This document shows, one piece after another, positions 1 to 8,890 of a DNA stretch of 64,000 bases. The first letter of the stretch is position 1; each line of letters begins with the position of its first letter. The position numbers and the translations under genes are program-made. The stretch lies in the sequence record NC_041878.1; one strand, given 5' to 3'. Under the pieces are notes generated by a model. The model was not told the origin of the DNA. It was given only the letters and a program-made list of their open reading frames with translations, and searched no databases.

Positions 1-2
1 AA

Positions 3-1064
3 ACTGGTTGGTGTTTTGCTGATGGTGCATATTGGACATGGAATGGTGAAGGTGGAACTGTAACTAAGGTTGTTCCTAATTTAAACCAAAATGCATACTT
101 AAAAGGTATCACCACAAGTGGTGTAACAAAAACTGATGCAGTAATTGCTGATTCTGGTACAATAAGTAGCACATCAATAACTATACCAGATCACTATCAT
201 GGTGTTGGTAGCATGTTGGGGTTAAGTGGATCACAAGGTGATGATGTTGCATTAATTATTGGTAAAACTTTTAACGATGGTCGAGTATATAGTGGTGCAA
301 TTGTAACTGGTGATAAACAAAAATATTGGACAACATCAGTTAACGGTTCAGACACACGTACTGCTATTAGTACTACATATGCAATTTACCCAAATGGAAA
401 TACAAGTTCACACACCCATAACCTAACAGGTATTGATGTTGGACACTTTAACGTTGCAATTTTATATAATATTGCAGAACCAAGTTTAGCTTTGAACCAA
501 ACAGCGGGTGATGCTCGTTATGTTCTTAAATCTGGTGATGTAATGACTGGCTCATTAACTATTGCTAACAGTGCTGCGATTCAAGCTAATGATACAAACT
601 TAGTATTATGGTTCCGTAACACTTCAGGTGGTGAACGTGGTGCAATTTATCATAGCAATACTACAAACACATTACGCTTCCGTTCTGCTGGCGGTACTGA
701 AATGATACTTTCAAATACTGCTGGATTAACTATTAATAGTTTAGTAGTATCTTCACAAAGTGCAACTGTTGCTGGTCGTAATGTTGTTCGTGCAATTAAC
801 GGAACAACAGCAGATGCTAATGGTAACGTTACATTAAGCATTACTGGTGGTGTAGTAACAAACGTTCGTCGTGGTGCTGAAATAGCTGTGAACCGTTATA
901 CATTGGGTGGTGAATCATTTGTGTACCGTTGTGGTGAAGGTCAATATGTTACTGGTTTTAACATATGGTCAAAAAGTGGTAATAACGATGAATTCCGTGA
1001 TATGTATTCACGTCCTGTTCAAATTTTAATTGATGGTGCATGGAGAACAATTTCTGATGTTTAA
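3..1064 (+). CDS. Tail fibre protein, C-terminal part (5'-truncated by window edge)
   Basis: Frame of ORF 213..1064 is open back to base 3 (TGWCFADG...VPNL...YLKG, tail-collar-like). HxH motifs DHYH and SHTH. C-terminus GQYVTGF...YSRPVQILIDGAWRTI is typical of fibre tips and is followed by a chaperone-like gene. Confidence 0.8.
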   Translation, partial: TGWCFADGAYWTWNGEGGTVTKVVPNLNQNAYLKGITTSGVTKTDAVIADSGTISSTSITIPDHYHGVGSMLGLSGSQGDDVALIIGKTFNDGRVYSGAIVTGDKQKYWTTSVNGSDTRTAISTTYAIYPNGNTSSHTHNLTGIDVGHFNVAILYNIAEPSLALNQTAGDARYVLKSGDVMTGSLTIANSAAIQANDTNLVLWFRNTSGGERGAIYHSNTTNTLRFRSAGGTEMILSNTAGLTINSLVVSSQSATVAGRNVVRAINGTTADANGNVTLSITGGVVTNVRRGAEIAVNRYTLGGESFVYRCGEGQYVTGFNIWSKSGNNDEFRDMYSRPVQILIDGAWRTISDV

Positions 1065-1470
1065 AAGATATGAAAAACCTGGCGGTTATACAAACGTTCA
1101 GTACTGGATCGATGAAAACGGTACTGATTGGTATGATTATGCAGATAATGCTACTTTAGATAACTTGAAAGTATTAGTAGATGTAAACAATATTGTTGTG
1201 GGTTTCCATATGGATGCTACAACTCTTACACCAACTGATGCAACACTTTATGAAGTAACTCTTGACAAGGTTCCAGAAGACTTACAATTGGTTAAGTATT
1301 CATATGATGGAGACAAATTCTACTTAACTGAGTTTCCTGACAGTGGTCAGTCCATTGATGATATTAAGAATGAATTGTTTATGTTAATGCTTAAAACCAA
1401 AATGACTACTGAAGAAAAGAAATACTTTGAAGAACTCAAAGAATTGCTTCTACAAAAACTTTCGAAATAA
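1057..1470 (+). CDS. Tail fibre assembly chaperone (Tfa-like)
   Basis: ATG 1057 with GGAG at 1042-1045 overlaps the fibre stop. YWIDENGTDWYD...LKVLVD..IVVGFHMDATTL pattern resembles Tfa/Caudo_TAP chaperones. Confidence 0.65.
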   Translation: MFKRYEKPGGYTNVQYWIDENGTDWYDYADNATLDNLKVLVDVNNIVVGFHMDATTLTPTDATLYEVTLDKVPEDLQLVKYSYDGDKFYLTEFPDSGQSIDDIKNELFMLMLKTKMTTEEKKYFEELKELLLQKLSK

Positions 1471-1471
1471 A

Positions 1472-1500
1472 TGAAACGAAAATAAAACGTATGATATAAT
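1472..1500 (+). promoter_or_regulatory. Putative middle-class promoter TGAAAC-N14-TGATATAAT
   Basis: TGAAAC 1472-1477, 17 bp spacer, extended -10 ending at 1500; upstream of the DsbA-like gene and polB. Confidence 0.75.
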
Positions 1501-1504
1501 GTAG

Positions 1505-1536
1505 GCATCCTAGCGGAGAGTTAGGATGCTTTTTTT
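1505..1536 (+). terminator. Intrinsic terminator-like hairpin
   Basis: GCATCCTA...TAGGATGC followed by T7. Confidence 0.7.
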
Positions 1537-1553
1537 ATACATGGAGAAATGAA

Positions 1554-1856
1554 ATGGCTAAGAAGACTGAATCTAAAATTGAAGCACATGAGCTAAACGA
1601 CGCACAGCGTAAAAAACTTAAAGACGGCCTCAATTCCGCAGTAGTACAGCTAACCCACCTTGATACACTAAAAGAATCTTATGCAGATTTCATGGATACT
1701 CTAGCAGATGAACTAGGTCTTGACAAGGCTAAGTTGAAATCAGCAGCAATGCGTATCTATAAGCAAGACTTCTTTGATAAAGTTCGTGCACAAGACGAAG
1801 TAGAAACTATTCTAACAGTTTCCGGTAATCTTGCACAAATGGAAGATGATGAATAA
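1554..1856 (+). CDS. dsDNA-binding protein, T4 DsbA-like
   Basis: 100 aa; ELGLDKAKLKSAAMRIYKQD resembles T4 DsbA ELGVDGKMFNRLLALYHKD as recalled; GGAG RBS. Confidence 0.5.
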   Translation: MAKKTESKIEAHELNDAQRKKLKDGLNSAVVQLTHLDTLKESYADFMDTLADELGLDKAKLKSAAMRIYKQDFFDKVRAQDEVETILTVSGNLAQMEDDE

Positions 1857-1863
1857 TAAAAAT

Positions 1864-1889
1864 GCCCCAGGATTGGGGCGTTTTGTTTT
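1864..1889 (+). terminator. Terminator-like hairpin
   Basis: GCCCCA-ggat-TGGGGC then GTTTTGTTTT. Confidence 0.55.
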
Positions 1890-1915
1890 AAGTGCGTGTA
1901 ACATAAGGAGATAAG

Positions 1916-4900
1916 ATGTACGTAGATGGATATATGGATAGGAAAAAGACTGGTGAAGTTCTTCACGTAGCTGAACGTGTTAATGGTCAGCGTATACTGC
2001 GTGAAATTGAACCAGTATATGAGTACTATGTTGAATCTCCACGTGGTGAATACAAAACAATCAATGGAACATTAGCTGAGAAGTTTGAATTTACCCGTTT
2101 TTCAGAAATGAAAAAACAAATGGATGCATTGCCAAGTACTGCCAAGATCTATGAAGCAGATTGTAATGTAACCTTTAAAACATTAGCAAAACACTATATG
2201 GGGAAGCCATCTCCTGACCTCAATATTGTATTTTTCGATATTGAAACAGACTTTCACCCAAAATTTGGATATGCTCAACCAAGTGACCCTTTCAACCGTG
2301 TAACTGCAATTTCATTGTATCAAAGCTGGACAGGTAAAGACTATGTTCTTACTATGGCTCCTTCTGATATGGAAATTCATGAAGCACAAGACATTATTAA
2401 TCGTCTTAATGCTGAAACCAATGATCCAAACAGCGTAGTTATTCTATATACTGAAGAAACTGAAATGTTTCAGATGTTCTTTGAGCTAATTGAAGACGGT
2501 GATGTACTATCTGGATGGAACAGTGAATTCTTTGATATTCCATACATGGTTAATAGAACCAGAAAAATCTTTAACGAAGCAACGTTAGCTCGTTGGTGTC
2601 TATGGAATAAGAAACCAAATGCTCGTGAAGCAGATATGTTTGGTAAAACCATCGTAACCTATGATTTGGTCGGTCGTGTTCACTTAGACTATCTAGCATT
2701 GTACAAAAAACATGCTGGACAAGTTGAACAATCATATAAACTAGATTATATTGCTGAAAAAGTAACTGGTGAAAACAAAGTATCCTATGATGGTTCATTG
2801 GATAAATTGTATCGTGAAGATTATGAAACATTTCTACGATATTCTAAGCAGGATAGCATCCTACTAAAGAAAATCGATGAAAAAATGGACTTCATTAATC
2901 TACACAACCGACTAGCACATAAAGAATGTGTACTAATCAGTACTACTATGGGTTCTGTAGCACTAATCGACACTGCAATCATCAATCTTGCTCACCAGCG
3001 TGGGGAAGTCGTGTTCAATAAGCGTAAACTTGAAGAAGATGAAGTTGATTTCGAATATCAAGATTACGAAAGTGAATTTGATGATGAAGATGACGAAGAA
3101 ATGCAAGCTGGATCTAAAGCTGCTGGTGCATGGGTACAAGATCCAGTACTAGGATTGATTGATTTCTTAGGATGTGTTGACTTTAACTCACTATATCCTA
3201 CAGTTCTTCGTACATTAGGCATGAGTACTGAATGTATTCTAGGTCAATTACGTCAAACATATACTGATAAGTATTTGGCTGATAAAATTGAAGAACAACG
3301 TGTCAAATGGGCGAGAAATGGTGGTCGTGGTAAATTTGAACCTAAATGGACTGAAGCATGGCATGGTTTGTTCGCTAGTGTTGAATTCACGATGGTTCGT
3401 GAGAAATCACGAGATGTAATTACCGTTGATCTAGAAGATGGTACTACATTTGAGGCAACAGGTGCTGAATTATATGATATTATCTTCGGTGAAGATAGTA
3501 CTATTGTTCTAAGTGCGAACGGAACACTATTTGATAAGACTAAGTACGGTGTTATTCCAGAAATTCTTACAATGTGGTATTCTGAACGTAAAGCACAACA
3601 AAAAATGGTCATCGACTACAAACACTTGGCTACTGATGGTTGGGAAATTCCAGAAGAAGCAGTACAAGCAATCGAAAAAGAGTTACAATCTCTATCTTTC
3701 GGTACTGGAATTTATAAAACCAACTTACATGAAGATGATCCTATCTATCTAATGCGTTTAGCACTAGGTAAAAACGATTATACTGAAATGGCTAAGATTA
3801 TTGCATCTAATGGTATGCGTGTAGAAGATAATCACATCTTCGTTGCAGAAGCAGATAAGAAGTACTGTAAAACTCAATCTGCATTCTGGAAACAGAACCA
3901 ACAGATCCGTAAGATTCTTCTAAACTCACTATATGGTGCGTTGTTGAACAAAGGTTCACGTTTCTTTGATAAACGTCTAGGTCAATCAGTTACATTAACT
4001 GGCCGTAGTATGACTAAACACCTAGCAAGTAAGATTAATGAAGTTTGTACTGAAACTTACGATCATAGTGGTGGCGTAGTAGTATATGGTGATACTGACT
4101 CCGTATATTTCAGTGTTGCACACTACTATAAAGAGAATGACATTCCGTTTGAAATGTCAAAAGATGAAGTTGTTGAACTTTATCAAATGATTGGTGATAC
4201 TGTAGGTGCATCATTCCCTGAATTTATGGATACAACCTTTAACACTGGTATTGAAAAGGGTAAAATCGTTGGTGCGGATCTGGAAATGGTCGGTTCTCGT
4301 GGTCTATTCTTGAAGAAAAAGCGTTACGCTATTCTAAAATATTGGGAAGATGGGTTCCGTTTAGATGTGGATGGTAAACCCGGTAAGATCAAAGCTATGG
4401 GTCTTGAAATTAAACGCTCAGATACTCCAAAATACATCCAAAACTTCCTAGAAGAAACGTTGGTTGCATTACTAATTGGTGAAACTGAAGAAGAATTACG
4501 TGCTCGTGTACGTGCATTCAAGAAAGAGTTTAAAGATAAACCAAGTATTGAGAAAGGTTCACCAAAAACAGTTAAAAACTATACCAATAAGGAAAAAGAA
4601 TACCAAGATACAGGTAAATGTAGTGTAGGTCATGTACTTGCAGCTATACAATGGAACAAACTTCGTGATTTGAATGATGATAAATCAGTTCCAGAAGCTA
4701 CTGACGGTACTAAAGTGATTGTTTGTGACCTAAAACCTAATCCACTAGGTATTAAGAAAATTGGTTATCCAATTGACTGTGCTGATTATCTTCCAGAATG
4801 GTATCTAGAGCTTCCGTTCGATGATGATACAATGGAAAAAGCTGTACTAACCAAGAAATTAGGTAACATTTTCGGTATTCTAGATATGGATATTGGTATC

Positions 4901-4948
4901 GATGAGAAAAGTACCATTGAATTGAACACTGGTTTCTTCGAATGGTAA
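1916..4948 (+). CDS. gp43: DNA polymerase, family B (T4 gp43-like) with 3'-5' exonuclease domain
   Basis: Exo motifs FFDIETD, GWNSEFFD, YKLDYIA; polymerase motifs VDFNSLYP, KILLNSLYG, YGDTDS, KKRY. Confidence 0.97.
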   Translation: MYVDGYMDRKKTGEVLHVAERVNGQRILREIEPVYEYYVESPRGEYKTINGTLAEKFEFTRFSEMKKQMDALPSTAKIYEADCNVTFKTLAKHYMGKPSPDLNIVFFDIETDFHPKFGYAQPSDPFNRVTAISLYQSWTGKDYVLTMAPSDMEIHEAQDIINRLNAETNDPNSVVILYTEETEMFQMFFELIEDGDVLSGWNSEFFDIPYMVNRTRKIFNEATLARWCLWNKKPNAREADMFGKTIVTYDLVGRVHLDYLALYKKHAGQVEQSYKLDYIAEKVTGENKVSYDGSLDKLYREDYETFLRYSKQDSILLKKIDEKMDFINLHNRLAHKECVLISTTMGSVALIDTAIINLAHQRGEVVFNKRKLEEDEVDFEYQDYESEFDDEDDEEMQAGSKAAGAWVQDPVLGLIDFLGCVDFNSLYPTVLRTLGMSTECILGQLRQTYTDKYLADKIEEQRVKWARNGGRGKFEPKWTEAWHGLFASVEFTMVREKSRDVITVDLEDGTTFEATGAELYDIIFGEDSTIVLSANGTLFDKTKYGVIPEILTMWYSERKAQQKMVIDYKHLATDGWEIPEEAVQAIEKELQSLSFGTGIYKTNLHEDDPIYLMRLALGKNDYTEMAKIIASNGMRVEDNHIFVAEADKKYCKTQSAFWKQNQQIRKILLNSLYGALLNKGSRFFDKRLGQSVTLTGRSMTKHLASKINEVCTETYDHSGGVVVYGDTDSVYFSVAHYYKENDIPFEMSKDEVVELYQMIGDTVGASFPEFMDTTFNTGIEKGKIVGADLEMVGSRGLFLKKKRYAILKYWEDGFRLDVDGKPGKIKAMGLEIKRSDTPKYIQNFLEETLVALLIGETEEELRARVRAFKKEFKDKPSIEKGSPKTVKNYTNKEKEYQDTGKCSVGHVLAAIQWNKLRDLNDDKSVPEATDGTKVIVCDLKPNPLGIKKIGYPIDCADYLPEWYLELPFDDDTMEKAVLTKKLGNIFGILDMDIGIDEKSTIELNTGFFEW

Positions 4949-4963
4949 TAACAAGGACAAAAT

Positions 4964-5476
4964 ATGACTGACAATACAAATATTCACCAACGTATAGGTG
5001 AAGCAATTACTTCTGGTGGTGAATTCAACATCATCCGTGCAAATGATGCACACGAAGAACAAATTCTAACGGATGCTGGGTTTGTAAAAGTCGGTTCAAT
5101 GAAAGAAGGAGACAATATTGTCTCCTTATTCAAAGTTGAACTGAAAGAAAAGGAAGTAGTAAAAATTGTTGAAGTTCCGAATAAAAATAATTCGTGGCCT
5201 TTCAATGAACAATCACATCCATTCCGTAAACCTGATCCTGGTATTTGGTATCATAACAACCATTGGTTATATAACGATCCAAATAAACCAATGTACACAT
5301 ACTTAGGCACTAATACTGGTGATGCAGATTGGGTACAAAAAGATTTGAACAAAACTATATCTACCAGTACTGGAACCTTCAATGGAACTCTAAGTACACG
5401 GTTAGATGCTGCGTATGATCCTCTAAGTATTTTACAGGATTATACATTCAATACAGTACTAGATAAAAAGCAGTAA
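4964..5476 (+). CDS. Hypothetical protein
   Basis: 170 aa ORF, AGGA RBS, same strand and codon style as neighbours. Confidence 0.7.
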   Translation: MTDNTNIHQRIGEAITSGGEFNIIRANDAHEEQILTDAGFVKVGSMKEGDNIVSLFKVELKEKEVVKIVEVPNKNNSWPFNEQSHPFRKPDPGIWYHNNHWLYNDPNKPMYTYLGTNTGDADWVQKDLNKTISTSTGTFNGTLSTRLDAAYDPLSILQDYTFNTVLDKKQ

Positions 5477-5482
5477 AAATTA

Positions 5483-5511
5483 TGAAACGGGTACATTTTT
5501 TATGATATAAT
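5483..5511 (+). promoter_or_regulatory. Putative middle-class promoter inside an 11-bp inverted repeat
   Basis: TGAAAC 5483-5488, 17 bp spacer, TGATATAAT; arms ACGGGTACATT 5487-5497 and AATGTACCCGT 5509-5519. Confidence 0.75.
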
Positions 5512-5540
5512 GTACCCGTAAACAAATGGAGAAAGAACAA

Positions 5541-6272
5541 ATGGAATTACGTGACGTACTACGCGACCTAGTAACAACTACTGCTGGCATTGATTTTGAT
5601 TGTATCGCTATTTCTAGTGAAGATCGTGGTCAAGGTCAACGTGTTTATATGGAAGCCTATACATCTGACAAAAACTTAGTTATGCGAGCATATACTAAAG
5701 AAGACGTACCTGAAGTTGTTGGTCGTTTTGGTATCGGTAATCTTGGAATGCTTCAAGGTCTACTAAACCTAAACGTTTACAAAACTGACAGTACTAAAAT
5801 TAGTGTGAATGCGAAAGACGGTGTTGTTAAAAGCCTAACTTTCAATTCAGACGAAGCAAATACCAACTATCTAGTAGTTGCGGAAAAATATATTCCTAAC
5901 CAACCACGATTCACTGACCAACCATATGACGTACAGGTTACACCTAGTGCCGCAAAGGTCAATGAACTAAAAAGCTTCTCAGGCGTGTTTAAATCATTCT
6001 CTGCTTTAGTCACTCCCTTCACTGAGGACAACAGCTTATATTTCTACGTTGGTGAAAAGAATAAAAACAACCACACAGGTACTTTACTATTCGGTAAAAC
6101 TGAAGGTGAACTATCTAAAGGTTATGGTTATCCAATTGACCGTGTACTTCAAGCATTAAACCGCGTATCTAATGCTGAAACTAAGTCACTAGGGTTTACC
6201 AAAACTGGTATGTTAAACGTAACCGTAGATACTGGTGTTGCAGTTTATAGCATCTACGTAAGTGGTAGCTAA
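5541..6272 (+). CDS. Probable sliding clamp (gp45-like)
   Basis: About 243 aa, alternating alpha/beta pattern, FGIGNLGML like T4 gp45 fgIYDL motif; sits after polB with its own promoter; start moved to ATG 5541 (GGAG 5528-5531). Confidence 0.55.
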   Translation: MELRDVLRDLVTTTAGIDFDCIAISSEDRGQGQRVYMEAYTSDKNLVMRAYTKEDVPEVVGRFGIGNLGMLQGLLNLNVYKTDSTKISVNAKDGVVKSLTFNSDEANTNYLVVAEKYIPNQPRFTDQPYDVQVTPSAAKVNELKSFSGVFKSFSALVTPFTEDNSLYFYVGEKNKNNHTGTLLFGKTEGELSKGYGYPIDRVLQALNRVSNAETKSLGFTKTGMLNVTVDTGVAVYSIYVSGS

Positions 6273-6280
6273 TTTTTTAC

Positions 6281-6305
6281 AGGGAGCGTAATGCTCCCTC
6301 TTTTT
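6281..6305 (+). terminator. Intrinsic terminator
   Basis: AGGGAGC-gtaat-GCTCCCT then CTTTTT. Confidence 0.7.
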
Positions 6306-6318
6306 ATTTGGATTTAAA

Positions 6319-6933
6319 ATGAGTACACCTAGATTTATTGCTGATCTACATATGGGTCATAAAAATATCTGGAAATATCGTCCTGTGTTCGAAAGTACTT
6401 TACACAATGATCTATATTTTCAGTACATTCTGCAAGAAACTTGCAAAAAACGAGATACGATGTTCTTTCTAGGTGATGTTATTTTTGATGAAATCTATTT
6501 AGAATTCATTAAGAACTTACCTGGTACTAAAATTCTAATTCTCGGAAACCACTGTACAGAATATATCAGTACTTCAAAACTATGCGAAGTCTTTGATGAA
6601 GTTCATGGTCTTTTGAAGTATAAAGAATTCTGGCTTTCACACGCACCACTGCACCCTGATGAACTACGTGGCAAAAAGAATGTCCACGGACACGTTCACA
6701 GGGAATCAGTGAATGATTTAAACTACCTTAATGTTTCTGTAGACAGTTCTTTCATGAACTTTTTCCCTAGAACCTTACATGAAATTCGTCAAGGTTTTGA
6801 GACAGTAAATAACGAACAAAAGATTTTTGCTGGTGTACCAAACGAAGATGCGTTAAGTGTCATCGAAAGTAATCCAATTGCAAAAGAAGCTTATTACAAA
6901 GCACTAGAAGAATCAAGAAAATTTACTGTTTAA
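6319..6933 (+). CDS. Calcineurin-like metallophosphoesterase
   Basis: Motifs ADLHMGH, FLGD, LGNH, SHAP, HGHVH. Confidence 0.85.
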   Translation: MSTPRFIADLHMGHKNIWKYRPVFESTLHNDLYFQYILQETCKKRDTMFFLGDVIFDEIYLEFIKNLPGTKILILGNHCTEYISTSKLCEVFDEVHGLLKYKEFWLSHAPLHPDELRGKKNVHGHVHRESVNDLNYLNVSVDSSFMNFFPRTLHEIRQGFETVNNEQKIFAGVPNEDALSVIESNPIAKEAYYKALEESRKFTV

Positions 6934-6944
6934 AAGGATTTAAA

Positions 6945-7154
6945 ATGCCACTATATACATATCGTTGTACTAAAGAAGAATGCAATCATAGCATGGACAA
7001 AATCGTAAAATACGATGATAGAGAAACAATCAAGTACGATTGTACAGAATGTGGTACTGAACAGAGTATGCAATTTGAAGCCTTTACTCCTGGTGATAAA
7101 GGCTTTAATGTAAAATACAAAGGAAATTGGTTTAATACCACTGGCAGATACTAA
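6945..7154 (+). CDS. FmdB-like zinc-ribbon protein
   Basis: MPLYTYRC..C...CTECG pattern, 69 aa, AGGA RBS. Confidence 0.75.
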   Translation: MPLYTYRCTKEECNHSMDKIVKYDDRETIKYDCTECGTEQSMQFEAFTPGDKGFNVKYKGNWFNTTGRY

Positions 7155-7171
7155 TTTGAATGGAGTCAAAT

Positions 7172-7459
7172 ATGAGTTTACAAGCTATTAATGATTATGT
7201 TATTGTTGAACTAATCGACAATACAAAACAAAGTTCAGCAGGTCTTATTTTGACTAGCGTTGAACCACCTTGTACTGGTACTGTAATTACAGTTGGACCA
7301 GGACGAGTTCTAAATGATGGTTCTCGTGAAGAACATAACATTCAAGTAGGGGATGTGATCGTTTTTGGTAAATCTTCACTAAATATGCCACTAGAAGATG
7401 ATGATAAAACCTTCTATGTTATGAAAACTAGTGATATATTTGGAAAGAAAAATGGCTAA
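7172..7459 (+). CDS. groES: GroES-like co-chaperonin (bacterial type)
   Basis: LQAINDYVIVE...AGLIL...GTVITVGPGRVLNDG...QVGDVIVFGK matches the GroES fold; start at ATG 7172 (GGAG 7162). Confidence 0.9.
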   Translation: MSLQAINDYVIVELIDNTKQSSAGLILTSVEPPCTGTVITVGPGRVLNDGSREEHNIQVGDVIVFGKSSLNMPLEDDDKTFYVMKTSDIFGKKNG

Positions 7460-8171
7460 GAAAATTTTACCATTCTGGTTGTACCCTTCACATTGGGGTT
7501 TAAAAGGGCAAGCTAAAGAACTTGCAGAAATCGATTTTTATTATGATGGTTTAGAAGCTGCACTGAAACGTGCAGATATTGTTTGTCTAACAAAGATTGA
7601 CAAAGAGAAAACCAAAAATGAATTACGCTATACTCATGGAGAAATCAATGAATTTGAGTTCGAAATGGCTAAAGTACAAATCGATTTCGATAATGCGGTT
7701 ATTTCAAAAGTAACATATGAACTTAATCGCTTAGATGTGCAATTCAAATTTGGTCAAATTGATGAGCGTGAATATGATTCTGCTAAAGTTGAAATGATTA
7801 AAGATGAAGATAAAAAATACATTGCGGCATTGGAATTCGCACTGAAGTACAATGAAATTACGCAAAATGAATATGATAAGGAACTGGCTACATTTAACCG
7901 TGAGCCGTGGTTCTTATTTGACGTGGATTTCGATGAAGAAAATAATGACTTAATTATGTCTTTTGACTATAACGAGTACTTCTGGAAGAAATTACGTGAA
8001 GAAGGTCATCCTGGTAACGATGAGCATGAAATTATCGACAACTTTATTAAAGATTGGGGTCGGAAGTTAGCTACCGAAGACTACAGCGGTGACTATGACA
8101 CAAAGTTAACAAGCATAAACGACGAAAGGAATCAACAGACTGGTTCTGGTGATTTTAAGATTTATGAGTAA
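7452..8171 (+). CDS. Hypothetical protein with SHOCT-like 19-aa repeats
   Basis: Repeats HGEINEFEF, NAVISKVTY, FGQIDEREY, YNEITQNEY. Confidence 0.65.
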   Translation: MAKKILPFWLYPSHWGLKGQAKELAEIDFYYDGLEAALKRADIVCLTKIDKEKTKNELRYTHGEINEFEFEMAKVQIDFDNAVISKVTYELNRLDVQFKFGQIDEREYDSAKVEMIKDEDKKYIAALEFALKYNEITQNEYDKELATFNREPWFLFDVDFDEENNDLIMSFDYNEYFWKKLREEGHPGNDEHEIIDNFIKDWGRKLATEDYSGDYDTKLTSINDERNQQTGSGDFKIYE

Positions 8172-8172
8172 T

Positions 8173-8208
8173 AAAAAAAGGAGAACATATGTTCTCCTTT
8201 TTCTTTTT
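8173..8208. terminator. Bidirectional terminator between convergent genes
   Basis: A7-GGAGAAC-atat-GTTCTCC-T-rich. Confidence 0.8.
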
Positions 8209-8218
8209 TAATTTATAA

Positions 8219-8875
8219 TTAAATTGACAATGCTGGGATAGCTTTGTACACTTTAATTGCAAAGTTTCCAGCAGCCGCAGCAGTAGCAGAAGAAGTTAGA
8301 ATAACTTCAGTGCCAGTACTGGTTAGCATTGGAACACCAGTTAGATCATCAATTAGTAGACGACCTTCATCGATTGAACCAGCAGGAACACCCTGGAAAG
8401 TTGTAAGATCTTTATCAAACACATTTGCACGTTCTACTAGGAAAGTAATAACGTTTGCAGAAGCTACAGAAGCAGCAGCAGAAACACCAGCAGGGGCATT
8501 TTTGAAGCCAGCAACCGCAACACCTTGTGCAGTTAGAGAAGTACTTAGAACAACCGCACGTTGTTGAACAATGTCAATCACACGTTTAACGTTTGTTTGT
8601 GCAGCATATGCAGCAGTGTAATCAGCTTCTAGGGAAGCAACTACGAATGCAGTACCATCAACACGAACAACACCTTTGTCATTCAAAAACTCTACAATTG
8701 CATCTGCATCTTCAGTGTTTAGAAAACGTTGTAGTTCAGCGAAAGATGCTACCGCACCAGTTACTTTAACAACTACGTTTGAAGCACCGCCAATAGCGAT
8801 AGAAACAAGTGCGTTCTTACCATAGAAATAACCAAGAACACCACTTTCAGAGAAACCATTAATACGTTCTAACAT
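8219..8875 (-). CDS. Probable virion structural protein (paralogue of the next gene)
   Basis: 218 aa, Ala/Val-rich, GGAG RBS; shares QRAV(V/L)..T(S)..L, ITFLVER/ITYIVER and IKV(Y/F)KA(I/L)P with 8891..9451. Confidence 0.6.
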   Translation of the reverse strand: MLERINGFSESGVLGYFYGKNALVSIAIGGASNVVVKVTGAVASFAELQRFLNTEDADAIVEFLNDKGVVRVDGTAFVVASLEADYTAAYAAQTNVKRVIDIVQQRAVVLSTSLTAQGVAVAGFKNAPAGVSAAASVASANVITFLVERANVFDKDLTTFQGVPAGSIDEGRLLIDDLTGVPMLTSTGTEVILTSSATAAAAGNFAIKVYKAIPALSI

Positions 8876-8890
8876 ATTTTAATCTCCCTA

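Noticed and set aside
1916-4948. Intein or intron in polB (also checked terL, helicase, nrdA, nrdB, topoisomerase)
   Set aside because: Conserved motifs are in one frame with no C/S...HN intein ends or LAGLIDADG blocks; the insertions present are short and lack splicing motifs
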